The notes: generated by a model from the letters alone, not told the origin. 64,000 nucleotides of DNA from Rickettsiales bacterium (GCA_033762715.1 JANRLL010000001.1:96315-160314); one strand, 5' to 3'; positions 20,753 to 30,658 are shown, counted from the stretch's first letter. Numbers and translations are program-made.

Positions 20753-20772
20753 TGGCGCCTCCAGAGTGTGTA

Positions 20773-21096
20773 TTATTTTTTGTCGCCTAGCAGCTCTTGG
20801 TTTACCTGCTGTTGCAGGCGCTCTAGCTCTACGCGCACGTCTTTTTCAGTAACGTTGACGCCGGCTTTTTGCAGGTCAAAATACACGCGGCCGGCAATGT
20901 CTTTACGGCGCTCATCAATGACGGTAATAGCGAGTTGCGTGGCGTATTCAGCCGCCGCATCCTTTTGTTTTCCAAGCTTTTCTGCGGCCCACAGCCCCAG
21001 CAATTTATTGCGGCGGGCCTGAGCTTTAAAGACCATTTCCTGGTCGTGGACAAATTTACGTTCAAAGCCTTTTTGGCGCTCATCGAAGCTGGTCAT
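20773..21096 (-). CDS. DUF1476 protein (alphaproteobacterial F1-ATPase inhibitor zeta-subunit family)
   Basis: MTSFDERQKGFERKFVHDQEMVFKAQARRNKLLGLWAAEKLG..., 107 aa. Start placed at ATG 21096. Confidence 0.75.
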   Translation of the reverse strand: MTSFDERQKGFERKFVHDQEMVFKAQARRNKLLGLWAAEKLGKQKDAAAEYATQLAITVIDERRKDIAGRVYFDLQKAGVNVTEKDVRVELERLQQQVNQELLGDKK

Positions 21097-21228
21097 GGGG
21101 GTTCCTCTGTGATTTAGGTTCGTCTGCTTATGTGTATAAAAGCTTTTAGCCTTCACTGCAATATTGCAGTGCGTAATAATTTCAACTAAGAAGATGCCAT
21201 GACTTACAGTAAACGAAAGATTTTAACA

Positions 21229-22056
21229 ATGGCACCCCCACGTAAACCTATCTATGAAGGCAAGGCGAAACAATTGTTTGAAGGCCCAGAGCCAGGCACA
21301 TTGATTCAGCATTTTAAAGACGATGCGACCGCCTTTAACAATATGAAAAAAGGTACCATCAGCGGCAAGGGTGTGCTCAATAACCGTATTTCCGAATATC
21401 TGATGCTGCGCTTGCATGATATAGGCATTCCGACCCACTTTATCCGCACGCTCAATATGCGTGAGCAGTTGATCAAATCGGTGCAGATTATTCCGCTGGA
21501 AATCATTGTGCGTAACGTGGTGGCCGGCAGCTTTGCTAAGCGCTTCGGCATTCAAGAAGGCAAAGTGCTTTCGCATCCGCTGATTGAGTATTGCTATAAA
21601 AACGATGCGTTGGCTGATCCATTTGTTACCGAAGAGCATATCTATGCCTTTGGCTGGGCATCTCCTTCGGAGCTTGATGAGCTGCGCATGTATGCATTTC
21701 GTATCAACGATTTCTTGTCTGGCCTGTTTATGGGTGCGGGCATTCGCTTGATTGACTTCAAGCTGGAGTTTGGCCGCTTATATGAAAATGACCGTGAGCA
21801 AATCGTACTGGCCGATGAAATCAGCCCTGATAATTGCCGCCTGTGGGATAGCGAAACCGGCCGCAAATTAGATAAAGACCGTTTCCGTCAGGATTTGGGC
21901 CAGATCGAAGATGCGTACCGCGAAGTAGCACGTCGTTTAGGTGTTTTGCCGAAAGCAGAAAAAGCGGTAACCCGCATGGCACCCGTAAAAAAGAAACCGG
22001 CGGCGAAGAAAAAGCCAACGCCTGCTATTGCTAAAGTGAAGAAGAAAAAGAAATGA
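21229..22056 (+). CDS. purC: Phosphoribosylaminoimidazole-succinocarboxamide synthase with an unusual Lys/Pro/Ala-rich C-terminal tail
   Basis: [37 protein letters not shown]... and [14 protein letters not shown]. An upstream ATG at 21199 is an alternative start. The last ~34 aa read [34 protein letters not shown]. Confidence 0.93.
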   Translation: MAPPRKPIYEGKAKQLFEGPEPGTLIQHFKDDATAFNNMKKGTISGKGVLNNRISEYLMLRLHDIGIPTHFIRTLNMREQLIKSVQIIPLEIIVRNVVAGSFAKRFGIQEGKVLSHPLIEYCYKNDALADPFVTEEHIYAFGWASPSELDELRMYAFRINDFLSGLFMGAGIRLIDFKLEFGRLYENDREQIVLADEISPDNCRLWDSETGRKLDKDRFRQDLGQIEDAYREVARRLGVLPKAEKAVTRMAPVKKKPAAKKKPTPAIAKVKKKKK

Positions 22057-22295
22057 AAGCCAAGATTCATATTACCTTGAAAAACGGTGTGCTCGATCCG
22101 CAAGGCCGTGCCATTGCCGGCGCACTCAACACCATGGGATTCAGCCAGGTAGCCGATGCGCGCCAGGGCAAATATATTGAGCTGGTGGTCAATGAAACCG
22201 ATCGCAAAAAAGCAGAAGCGGCGGTGGAAAAAATGTGCGCGTCACTGCTCGCCAATACGGTGATTGAGAATTATAAATTCGAATTGGTAGATTAA
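22053..22295 (+). CDS. purS: Phosphoribosylformylglycinamidine synthase subunit PurS
   Basis: 80 aa: [21 protein letters not shown]. The start overlaps the purC stop (ATGA). Confidence 0.9.
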   Translation: MKAKIHITLKNGVLDPQGRAIAGALNTMGFSQVADARQGKYIELVVNETDRKKAEAAVEKMCASLLANTVIENYKFELVD

Positions 22296-22299
22296 GCCT

Positions 22300-22695
22300 G
22301 TGACTGCTAACACCCAAGCCCAGCCAGGATATGACGTTGGATATGATTTGCGGTTGGTGGTGGATAAACAGCCTGGAAAAATTGATTTCAGTCTGATCGT
22401 GCCCAAAGAATCGATATATTATGGCCGATTAAGTGGGCGCTCTTTTGATAGTGTAGTCGAAAAACTGCGAGCCGTTGCTCCTGATACCAAGATAACACCA
22501 TTGGGTGAGCAGGAAGGCTATGCCAATGGCGCCGTACAATTTACTATTGGCAGCGCGACTAACCGTGATGAGATGATCAAAGGTATTTTTATCGATAAAT
22601 TGCTGGGCCTTGGACTGTTGGATTCCGACCGCCTGACCGAGATACATAATCATCTTTATAACGAAATGTCACCTGCATCGAGATCGCGCGTATGA
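22300..22695 (+). CDS. Hypothetical protein between purS and purQ
   Basis: 131-aa ORF with only a GTG start (22300, 4 nt after the purS stop). Its stop overlaps the purQ ATG (ATGA). I recognise no family. Confidence 0.55.
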   Translation: MTANTQAQPGYDVGYDLRLVVDKQPGKIDFSLIVPKESIYYGRLSGRSFDSVVEKLRAVAPDTKITPLGEQEGYANGAVQFTIGSATNRDEMIKGIFIDKLLGLGLLDSDRLTEIHNHLYNEMSPASRSRV

Positions 22696-23372
22696 AATCA
22701 GCCGTTATTGTTTTTCCTGCCTCAAATTGTGACCGTGATGCCAAGACGGTATTGGCTGCTACTGGTTTAAATCCGGCTATGGTATGGCATCGCGACACCA
22801 GCTTGCCCAAAGTGGATTTGGTGATGCTGCCAGGTGGTTTTTCTTACGGCGATTATCTACGCAGTGGTGCGATGGCAGCGCATTCACCGATTATGCGCGA
22901 AGTCAAGGCCCATGCTGAGCGTGGCGGGTTGGTGCTCGGTGTGTGTAATGGGTTTCAGGTGCTGACTGAAGCAGGAATGGTGCCTGGCGTGCTCATGCGC
23001 AATAAGCATCTGAAATTTGTCTGTCGCGAAGTGTATCTGAAAGTGGAATCAAGCAGCTCTCCTTTCACCAAAACCTATAAAAAAGATGAAATCATCAACG
23101 TGCCGGTTGCGCATCATGATGGTAATTACTATGCTGATGTAGCCACCCTCAAATCGCTAGAAGACCGCGATCAGATAGCGTTTCGCTATTGCGACATGAA
23201 GGGCGCTGTGACCGAGGAAGCTAACCCTAACGGTTCACAGCTCAATATTGCGGGTGTATTCAACGAGAAGAAAAACGTGCTGGGTATGATGCCGCACCCT
23301 GAGCGCCATGCTGAAAACTTGTTGGGTGGTTCCGACGGCAAGCGCTTGTTTGACGCGTTACTTGCTGCTTAA
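22692..23372 (+). CDS. purQ: Phosphoribosylformylglycinamidine synthase subunit PurQ (glutaminase)
   Basis: 226 aa. Catalytic GVCNGFQVL and MMPHPER. Confidence 0.95.
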   Translation: MKSAVIVFPASNCDRDAKTVLAATGLNPAMVWHRDTSLPKVDLVMLPGGFSYGDYLRSGAMAAHSPIMREVKAHAERGGLVLGVCNGFQVLTEAGMVPGVLMRNKHLKFVCREVYLKVESSSSPFTKTYKKDEIINVPVAHHDGNYYADVATLKSLEDRDQIAFRYCDMKGAVTEEANPNGSQLNIAGVFNEKKNVLGMMPHPERHAENLLGGSDGKRLFDALLAA

Positions 23373-25033
23373 GCACGAATTCCGTTTAAGAATTTATCCA
23401 CTTCCGTGCGTAACGTTTCTGCCTGGCGGGAAAGATCGCTGGTTGCTTTGGTCATATCAGCAGCAGCGGTTCCAGTCTGGTTAGATGATGTAGACACATC
23501 GGATGCGTTTTTGGCGATTTCGCCGGTGCTGTTGGCGGCGGCTTGTGCATTGGTTGCGATTTCACGTGTGGCAGCACCTTGTTCTTCCACGGCAGAAGCG
23601 ATGGTGGTTGAGATCTCGTTGATCTCGCGGATTTTGCCGCTAATGCCTTGGATCGCGCTTACTGTGTCATCGCTTGCGGTTTGAATTGAGCTGATATATT
23701 GCGAGATTTCCTCGGTGGCTTTAGTCGTTTGATTGGCGAGTTCTTTTACTTCGCTGGCAACCACCGCAAAGCCTTTGCCGGCATCGCCCGCACGTGCTGC
23801 TTCGATGGTGGCGTTAAGCGCCAGCAAGTTGATTTGCGCAGCAATCGAGTTGATCATTTCCAGTACTTCGCCAATTTTCTGTGCTGCTTGCACCAAGCTT
23901 TGCGCAGTATTGTCGGCATGTTGTGCTTCTTGCACTGCAGAATGGGTAACATGGGTCGAGCGCGCCACTTGTTGGTTGATCTCATTGATGGCGGCTGAAA
24001 GCTGGGTGGTGGTGGCCGATACTGAATCAACGTTTCGGGTAGCGCCTTCGATCTGGATGGTCAGCGCACGTAATTTGTTTTTATTGGTATCGACGATTTG
24101 CGTCACCGATTTAGAAGTAGCTTCGATTTCGGTGGCAGCTGTTGCTACGCGGTCTACCACGCTTTTGACGCTTGATTCAAATTGCGCGGCAAGCTCATGC
24201 TGCGTGCGTTTTTTCTCTGCGGCATTGTTTAATTCTTGGCGTTTTTGCTCTTCTGCAAGTTCGGCGATACGCAACGCGTTCTCTTTAAATACTTGCACAG
24301 TGCGCGCCATTTCACCCATTTCATCCTTGCGACTTGTGTGTGGAATCTTGGTTTGAATATCACCATCGGCGATGGCCTGCATCGCCTGCGCCATTTGGCG
24401 AAGCGGACGGAAAATAAATGTGATGGCAAAAATCACCAGAATTAGCGAGAGAGTAAAATTGACCAGATGCAGTACGTTAGAAATTACCGCGGCTCGGTCT
24501 GCCTCTGCATGTGCCTGTTTGGAGATGGTATCGCCATAGGCTAACAGATCATCGCTCATCTTTCCTTGGGCTTCTTCGAGCTGGCCAAACACAGCATCGA
24601 ATTTTGCATATTGCTGTTCTGCTTTTTCTGCGGTTTCTTGCACCATTACATTAAGTGCCGCTTCATTATAGCTTTTAAGTAGATTATCGGAGATAGATAA
24701 ATCCTTTTTGAGCGATTCCGGTAGATCTTCGGCCAAATTCTTGGAAATAACCTCATTGAACGTTGCTATATGTTCTTTGAATTCTTTCATGGTTTCAGCT
24801 GTCGACTGCTTGTTTCCTGAGCGGATATGGCTGGTGGCGAGCAGCACGTCGGCGCGGATGGCATCGTGCATCATGTCGCCGTTCATGTGGCGCTGAATAA
24901 TCTTGGTCAGGTTTGCCTGCTTTTCGGTAAGATGCTCTGCTTCAGCTGCCGCGTGATGGTTTACTACAGCGGTAAAGGCGATCGAGGTGATCGACAAGAC
25001 GCAGATGATGATATTCTTGGTTTGTATCTTCAT
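23369..25033 (-). CDS. Methyl-accepting chemotaxis protein
   Basis: 554 aa. N-terminal TM helix, sensor region, second TM helix and HAMP domain. Conserved signalling hairpin [34 protein letters not shown]. Confidence 0.9.
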   Translation of the reverse strand: MKIQTKNIIICVLSITSIAFTAVVNHHAAAEAEHLTEKQANLTKIIQRHMNGDMMHDAIRADVLLATSHIRSGNKQSTAETMKEFKEHIATFNEVISKNLAEDLPESLKKDLSISDNLLKSYNEAALNVMVQETAEKAEQQYAKFDAVFGQLEEAQGKMSDDLLAYGDTISKQAHAEADRAAVISNVLHLVNFTLSLILVIFAITFIFRPLRQMAQAMQAIADGDIQTKIPHTSRKDEMGEMARTVQVFKENALRIAELAEEQKRQELNNAAEKKRTQHELAAQFESSVKSVVDRVATAATEIEATSKSVTQIVDTNKNKLRALTIQIEGATRNVDSVSATTTQLSAAINEINQQVARSTHVTHSAVQEAQHADNTAQSLVQAAQKIGEVLEMINSIAAQINLLALNATIEAARAGDAGKGFAVVASEVKELANQTTKATEEISQYISSIQTASDDTVSAIQGISGKIREINEISTTIASAVEEQGAATREIATNAQAAANSTGEIAKNASDVSTSSNQTGTAAADMTKATSDLSRQAETLRTEVDKFLNGIRA

Positions 25034-25136
25034 GGTGCACTTCCTGTGACAGGCAATAGAGACTAAATGTCTCGCAATTAAACCACAGTTTAGCTTAAAG
25101 ATCGGTTAATAGCAATTGTGCAAATAATTGAGTCGA

Positions 25137-27335
25137 TTAGGAAGCCATATAACGTGGCATCCATGACTCATAAGCGTTGAGAAGATCAGCAATTTTCATA
25201 GTTGTCCCCGCGACCGAAAATATATCGGGTTGCGTTGTGCCCAGATGGATTAATGGGATGTGGTTCGACAGTGCCGCTGCTTTAATCGCCGCCGATTGCG
25301 CAGAATCGGCAGCAATCACATAACGGCCTTGGTCTTCGCCGAACCAGAAACCCACATCGCCGCTGGCGGTAATCTTCGCGCCGATGCCCTGATACGTCAT
25401 CTCAGCCAGCGCTACCAGCAAGCCGCCATCGGATAGGTCATGGCAGGCGGCCAGCAGCTGTTGTTCAATCAGGCTGCGCACAAAATCGCCATGTGCGCGT
25501 TCGCTTGCGAGATCTACCGGTGGGGGTGGTCCTTCTTCGCGGCCGAGGATTTCACGTAAATACAGCGAACTGCCTAGATGGCCGGCGGTTGTGCCAACCA
25601 GCAGGATTTCAAGCCCAGCTTTGGTAAAGCGGTTGCCGATGGTTTTAGTAACATCGTTTAAAATACCCACGCCTCCAATTGCCGGGGTGGGGAAAATGCC
25701 TTGGCCATTAGTCTCGTTATAAAGCGAGGCATTGCCGGAGATGATCGGATAGTCCAGCGCGCGGCAGGCTTCCGCCATGCCTTGCAGGCAGCCTACGATT
25801 TGGCCCATGATCTCTGGTTTTTGCGGATTGCCGAAATTCAGGCAGTTGGTGATAGCAAGCGGCTTGGCGCCCACCGCGCATAAATTGCGCCAGGTTTCCG
25901 CCACCGCTTGTTTTCCGCCTTCGATGGGATCGGCAAAGCAATAGCGTGGGGTACAGTCGGTAGAAATAGCCAATGCTTTTTGCGTATCATGCACACGCAC
26001 CACCGCCGCATCGCCGCCTGGGCGTTGCACGGTGTCGTTGCCGACCATATGGTCATATTGTTCCCAGATCCAACGCTTGGAGGCGAGATCAGGTGAGCCA
26101 ATCAGCGTCAGCAAATCCTTGGCGATATCGCGTTTAGCCAGTTCCGCCGCCGGTAGATTCACGGCGCTACGCTTAGGCGTAGGCACCCAAGGGCGGTCAT
26201 AAACCGGTGCGTCTTCAGACATTGGATCGACCGGCATATCGGCCACCACCTCGCCATGCATTTTCAGAATCAAGCGGCCCGTATCGGTGATACGGCCGAT
26301 GGTGGCGAAGGCCAATTCCCATTTCTCGAAAATCTGGCGCGCGAGTTCCTGTTTATCCGGTTTCAAAATCATGAGCATGCGCTCTTGCGATTCGGACAGC
26401 ATAATTTCGTACGGCGTCATACCGTCTTCGCGCATCGGCACTTTATCGAGTTCCAGCTCAATACCGGTGCCACCTTTGCCCGACATCTCGAGCGAAGAAG
26501 AGGTGAGGCCAGCCGCACCCATATCCTGGATTGCAATGATTGCATCAGTTGCCATCAGTTCAAGGCAGGCTTCTATCAGCAGCTTTTCAGTGAACGGATC
26601 GCCTACCTGCACGGTCGGGCGTTTTTCTTCCGATGCATCGTCGAATTCGGCCGAGGCCATGGTCGCGCCATGAATACCATCGCGGCCGGTTTTGCTGCCG
26701 ACATAGACAACGGGATTGCCCACACCGGCGGCAGCGGAATAGAAAATCTTGTCGCTTTGTGCAACGCCCACCGTCATGGCATTGACCAAAATATTGCCGT
26801 TATAGGAGGGGTGGAAAATACACTCACCGCCCACGGTTGGAACCCCCACGCAATTGCCGTAACCACCGATACCAGCCACCACACCCGAGACCAAATATTT
26901 GGTTTTGGGATGATCGGGGGAGCCGAAGCGCAACGCGTTCATGTTGGCGATCGGGCGAGCACCCATGGTAAAGACGTCGCGCAAGATACCGCCGACGCCG
27001 GTTGCAGCACCTTGATAGGGTTCAATGTAAGACGGGTGGTTATGCGATTCCATTTTGAAGATCGCCGCTTGGCCGTCGCCAATGTCGATGACGCCAGCAT
27101 TCTCACCAGGTCCACAAATCACCCAAGGGGCTTCGGTAGGCAAGGTGCGCAGCCATTTGCGTGTTGATTTATAGGAACAATGCTCGCTCCACATTACCGA
27201 GAAGATACCAAGCTCCACCAGATTGGGTTCACGGCCCATTATGGCTAAAACACGCTGATATTCCTCAGGCGAAAGCCCATGCTCAGCAACGATTTCAGGG
27301 GTGATGGCGATTTTGTGCGCGGCAGTATTTTTCAT
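25137..27335 (-). CDS. purL: Phosphoribosylformylglycinamidine synthase subunit PurL
   Basis: 732 aa: [33 protein letters not shown]. Confidence 0.95.
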   Translation of the reverse strand: MKNTAAHKIAITPEIVAEHGLSPEEYQRVLAIMGREPNLVELGIFSVMWSEHCSYKSTRKWLRTLPTEAPWVICGPGENAGVIDIGDGQAAIFKMESHNHPSYIEPYQGAATGVGGILRDVFTMGARPIANMNALRFGSPDHPKTKYLVSGVVAGIGGYGNCVGVPTVGGECIFHPSYNGNILVNAMTVGVAQSDKIFYSAAAGVGNPVVYVGSKTGRDGIHGATMASAEFDDASEEKRPTVQVGDPFTEKLLIEACLELMATDAIIAIQDMGAAGLTSSSLEMSGKGGTGIELELDKVPMREDGMTPYEIMLSESQERMLMILKPDKQELARQIFEKWELAFATIGRITDTGRLILKMHGEVVADMPVDPMSEDAPVYDRPWVPTPKRSAVNLPAAELAKRDIAKDLLTLIGSPDLASKRWIWEQYDHMVGNDTVQRPGGDAAVVRVHDTQKALAISTDCTPRYCFADPIEGGKQAVAETWRNLCAVGAKPLAITNCLNFGNPQKPEIMGQIVGCLQGMAEACRALDYPIISGNASLYNETNGQGIFPTPAIGGVGILNDVTKTIGNRFTKAGLEILLVGTTAGHLGSSLYLREILGREEGPPPPVDLASERAHGDFVRSLIEQQLLAACHDLSDGGLLVALAEMTYQGIGAKITASGDVGFWFGEDQGRYVIAADSAQSAAIKAAALSNHIPLIHLGTTQPDIFSVAGTTMKIADLLNAYESWMPRYMAS

Positions 27336-27388
27336 GCCCTGGTGTTAGCATGACCCGCTAGATTTACAATATTTTTCTTGATGACCGA

Positions 27389-28129
27389 TTAAAGGCTGAA
27401 TTCATATTTAATATAGAGCTTCACCATCTGATCTTCCGCTGCATCAGAGAGGCCAAAAAGCCAGCCCGTTTCGTAACTTAGCCCATCGTAAGGCAGGTCG
27501 CCATACAAGGCGGGTCCGGCCAGATGCTTTTGCTCATCAAAGCTTCCGCTGTCGCTTATTTCACCAAAGGCGGCATAATATTCGATGCCAGGGTTTATCC
27601 ATTGATTATGGCGCACTCGGCTGGCCCAGCGGAACTCGGCTTCGGGATTGGCATTCGCATGCGTGCCGACCTCATGGTCGATAATGATATTGGCTAGGTG
27701 CAGAAAGTGCTCCGTGCGTTTGGCTAGCAGCCAGTTTACGCTGACACTATTGGCATCATATGGATATGGCGTATAGGCAGCGCCGTAACCGACCTTCATG
27801 CCGGTATCAAGCCAATATTCGCCGGTTTCGGTGAATTGAAAAACGGCTTCGATTTCGTTGCCACTAAAGGAATGGCCTTGTTGGGGCAGATGTTCCAGCT
27901 TGCCAGAAAGCTCCAGGCCAAACCAATCGTTGATGCCGTAGCTTAACTTGAGAATATGTTGGCGATAACCATTCTCGCTTGCGCGGCGATCGGAATCAAA
28001 GCGATTGCGGCTTTCGATTTCAAACAGATTTGCATCGACGTAAGGCGAGCTCACATTATGTGCAAAGCACAAGGAGGGAGCAGCAACGATGCTTGCGCAT
28101 AAGCAAAGTTGTTTATGCAATTTTTTCAC
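27389..28129 (-). CDS. Putative outer-membrane beta-barrel protein with a signal peptide
   Basis: 246 aa. Signal peptide ...SIVAAPSLCFA/HN, alternating hydrophobic and aromatic strands, C-terminal KLYIKYEFSL. The start overlaps the FTR1 gene end by 17 nt. Confidence 0.6.
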   Translation of the reverse strand: MKKLHKQLCLCASIVAAPSLCFAHNVSSPYVDANLFEIESRNRFDSDRRASENGYRQHILKLSYGINDWFGLELSGKLEHLPQQGHSFSGNEIEAVFQFTETGEYWLDTGMKVGYGAAYTPYPYDANSVSVNWLLAKRTEHFLHLANIIIDHEVGTHANANPEAEFRWASRVRHNQWINPGIEYYAAFGEISDSGSFDEQKHLAGPALYGDLPYDGLSYETGWLFGLSDAAEDQMVKLYIKYEFSL

Positions 28130-28922
28130 GTGTGAGTTTTAAGGAGGCAAGAATCAAGAACAAGGTGGCGACATAAAACACCAGCTGCATGGCAGACGGC
28201 TGCTCGGAATAACCAATCAATGCGTTAAGTATTTTCCCAATGATGCTGCTTTCGGCCAGAATATGGCTGGTGTCCCAGACTTGTGGTGCGATAGCAGGCA
28301 GCATGTCGGCTGCAATCAGATATCCGGCGGCTTGCGCGCTCATACCGCAAGCGACTAGAATCAGTAGCGCGCTGGTAACGCTGAAGAAATATTTAGCCGA
28401 TAATTTGATAATGCCCAAATAGAGTAATACGCCAAGCGCTGCCGCCGATACGGCACCTGCCAGCGCGCCGGCCGCAATGGCAAAGAATGATTCTTGGCTG
28501 GTGCTTAAAATGCCGGTCATGAAGAGCACGATTTCAGCTCCCTCGCGCCACATAGCCAGGCTTACGATGAGTGCTACCGAATAAAGCGGCAATTCGCCTT
28601 TGGCAACGGCATGCCCGACATGGTGAATACGTTGCGCGAGCTCTTTGCCGTGTTTGCGCATCCAGATGACAGTCCAGGCAATCATAGCAACTGCCACAAT
28701 CAACACTGCGGCATTGAACATTTCCTGGCCTACACCTTCGAAGGCTTCCGAAATCGAGCGGGCAAACAGTGCCACGATGGCAGAGCCAATCACGCCACCA
28801 GCAATACCACCCCATATCCATTGTGCGCGTCCAGGCACGCTACGCGTTGCGGCGATGACGACTGTCAGGATAATCGCGATCTCTAAGACTTCGCGAAAGA
28901 GGATGATAAAGCTGGCGAGCAT
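28113..28922 (-). CDS. FTR1-family iron permease (EfeU/FtrC-like)
   Basis: Two REXXE motifs (FREVLEIAI and WREGAEIVLF) and seven hydrophobic helices. Start placed at MLASFIILF (ATG 28922), 5 nt after the cupredoxin stop. Confidence 0.85.
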   Translation of the reverse strand: MLASFIILFREVLEIAIILTVVIAATRSVPGRAQWIWGGIAGGVIGSAIVALFARSISEAFEGVGQEMFNAAVLIVAVAMIAWTVIWMRKHGKELAQRIHHVGHAVAKGELPLYSVALIVSLAMWREGAEIVLFMTGILSTSQESFFAIAAGALAGAVSAAALGVLLYLGIIKLSAKYFFSVTSALLILVACGMSAQAAGYLIAADMLPAIAPQVWDTSHILAESSIIGKILNALIGYSEQPSAMQLVFYVATLFLILASLKLTREKIA

Positions 28923-28926
28923 AGGT

Positions 28927-29250
28927 TTACTTTGCGATGAGTTTACCTTGAGCGGTTTTGGCATTGAACTCGTCTTCAAATTTATATTCGCCTGGTTTGA
29001 GCGGGCCCACCAAAACGGTTGCGCTGCTATTGCCTTGAATCACTTTTTCGCGGCCCAGCGAGTGGCTTTCAAATTCGGCTGGGGTGCTGTCAGCGTTTTT
29101 AACCACCAGCTTTACTTTTTGATTGGCGGGCACTTCCAGCGTGGCCGGTTCAAATTGATGATCTTTCAAGGTCAACTCAAAAGAAGGGGTTTCTGCCCAA
29201 GCAGTGGTTGATAAAAGTGTGGCAGCGACAAAAGAGAGGGCTAATTTCAT
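28927..29250 (-). CDS. Periplasmic cupredoxin-like protein (FtrB / EfeO-N-terminal-like)
   Basis: 107 aa. Signal peptide MKLALSFVAATLLSTTAWA, then FELTLKDHQFEPATLEVPANQKVKLVVKNADSTPAEFES. Confidence 0.7.
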   Translation of the reverse strand: MKLALSFVAATLLSTTAWAETPSFELTLKDHQFEPATLEVPANQKVKLVVKNADSTPAEFESHSLGREKVIQGNSSATVLVGPLKPGEYKFEDEFNAKTAQGKLIAK

Positions 29251-29302
29251 GTAGTTATCCTAATTATAACGCGCAATCTGGTATAGCAAAGAGGGCGCAA
29301 GT

Positions 29303-29321
29303 GATAATGATTCGCAGCAAC
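29303..29321. promoter_or_regulatory. Fur-box-like sequence upstream of the cupredoxin-FTR1 operon
   Basis: GATAATGATTCGCAGCAAC matches the 19-bp consensus GATAATGATAATCATTATC at 13 of 19 positions, and the first 9 are perfect. It lies about 55-70 nt upstream of ATG 29250. Confidence 0.3.
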
Positions 29322-29401
29322 TATTTAGAGTCAGATCCTTGCAAAGTCAATAGCGATCACATAGATAGAATGCTCGAAATCTCTAGCGATACGAAAGAAC
29401 C

Positions 29402-29641
29402 ATGTCTATGGCGATGACCGCCGAACAAATCAAAAGCTTAGTGCAGGCAGCTTTGCCCGATGCGCAGATTGAACTGAAAGATCTGGCGGGCGATAATGAT
29501 CACTGGGCAATCACCGTAACCTCGAATGCCTTTGCCGGCAAAAGCCGAGTAGAGCAGCATCGCATTGTTATGGGCGCATTAAACGGTGGTATGGGCACCA
29601 CCTTGCATGCGCTGCAGGTCACGACAAAAGTGAGCGCATAA
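29402..29641 (+). CDS. BolA family protein
   Basis: 79 aa: ...GDNDHWAITVTSNAFAGKSRVEQHRIV...LHALQVTT. Confidence 0.85.
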   Translation: MSMAMTAEQIKSLVQAALPDAQIELKDLAGDNDHWAITVTSNAFAGKSRVEQHRIVMGALNGGMGTTLHALQVTTKVSA

Positions 29642-29643
29642 CC

Positions 29644-30141
29644 ATGGGGCGGCCATTTGATCGTGCTGTAGCGAAGAATGCGCCAAATTGGGAACAAGAA
29701 GTATTGAACAGGCTCGAAGAAAAGAAAGGGGTAACTCCATTTTCTTTTGATGAGGCGATGATGGTAGGTGATCAGGGAGCGTGGCACCGGATGTCATTAT
29801 ACGGCATTCTCAATGGGCTTGAAACCTTTACCGGCCTGATGCGGCAAGATGTCGATTGGTTGAATGAGCATTTTCCTGTTTCCTTATATGGTGACAAGAG
29901 CAATCGCGTTTTACGAGAAGCCATGTTTTATTCAAAGGCAGGAACGCGTGAGAATCGTCTACGCTACAATCTATGCGAACTGCTAGAGGCATGTATCGAT
30001 GTATTAGAAAAAAAGATGGTATTCGAGAAGGGCAAGAATTTGTCTGACGACGACAAAAAGGCGCTTGCAGAGTTGCGTAATTGGGTTAAAGAACGCGAGA
30101 AAGATTGGATCGGCAGTGCCAAAGACGTGAGCCACCGATAA
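29644..30141 (+). CDS. Hypothetical soluble protein between bolA and grxD
   Basis: 165-aa ORF starting 3 nt after the bolA stop and ending 29 nt before grxD. I recognise no family. Confidence 0.6.
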   Translation: MGRPFDRAVAKNAPNWEQEVLNRLEEKKGVTPFSFDEAMMVGDQGAWHRMSLYGILNGLETFTGLMRQDVDWLNEHFPVSLYGDKSNRVLREAMFYSKAGTRENRLRYNLCELLEACIDVLEKKMVFEKGKNLSDDDKKALAELRNWVKEREKDWIGSAKDVSHR

Positions 30142-30170
30142 GCTAAATGAATAATCAAAAGGAGAAGGCT

Positions 30171-30515
30171 ATGACCAACCCGATATTCGAACAAATTCAA
30201 AAAGACATCAGTGAGAATGATGTGGTGCTTTATCTCAAAGGTACGAAATCGATGCCGCAATGTGGATTTTCGGCGACCGTGGTCGAAGTGCTCAAGCGCG
30301 TGGGCATTGAGAATTATAAGGATGTGAATGTGCTAACCGACCAAGAAATTCGCGAAGGCATCAAGTCATTCACCAACTGGCCTACTATTCCGCAGCTTTA
30401 TATTAAAGGCGAGTTTATAGGTGGCTGCGATATTGTGCGTGAAATGTATCAAAGCGGTGAGCTAGAGCATTTGTTGCACGAAAAAGGCGTGCCGCACGTG
30501 CATCATCACGGCTGA
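30171..30515 (+). CDS. grxD: Grx4-family monothiol glutaredoxin
   Basis: CGFS active site (MPQCGFS) and WPTIPQLYIKGEFIGGCDI. AAGGAGAAGG lies upstream of ATG 30171. Confidence 0.92.
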   Translation: MTNPIFEQIQKDISENDVVLYLKGTKSMPQCGFSATVVEVLKRVGIENYKDVNVLTDQEIREGIKSFTNWPTIPQLYIKGEFIGGCDIVREMYQSGELEHLLHEKGVPHVHHHG

Positions 30516-30517
30516 TA

Positions 30518-30658
30518 CTACTTCATTTCATCTTTGACCTTTTTAGCCGAATCCGACGTCCATTCACCGGCCTGGCGTACGTCTTGGCCTAGGCCATCGA
30601 CGGTGTTACAGGCTGAAATCGCGAGTATAAACAGCAGCGCCAAGGAACGATAGATCAT
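30518..30658 (-). CDS. Entericidin EcnA/B-like small lipoprotein (46 aa, below the ORF-track cutoff)
   Basis: My own translation: MIYRSLALLFILAISACNTVDGLGQDVRQAGEWTSDSAKKVKDEMK. It has a lipobox (LAISAC) followed by NT..G.G.D..G, as in entericidins. GGGAGA lies 7 nt upstream of the ATG. Confidence 0.65.
   Translation of the reverse strand: MIYRSLALLFILAISACNTVDGLGQDVRQAGEWTSDSAKKVKDEMK

Noticed and set aside
20738-21150. Partial resemblances to the shared promoter box at AAGCTT sites near 20745 (GGAAGCTTCATTGG) and 21140 (TATAAAAGCTTTTAG).
   Set aside because: Only the AAGCTT core and a few flanking bases match. The first overlaps the djlA-like start codon, and the second lacks both the GTCA and TTGTNT parts.
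23369-29250. A simple inversion of the mcp-purL-barrel-FTR1-cupredoxin segment as the explanation for the split pur cluster.
   Set aside because: Re-inverting the segment does not restore purQ-purL or purL-bolA adjacency, and I saw no inverted repeats at the boundaries. It cannot be supported from this window alone.
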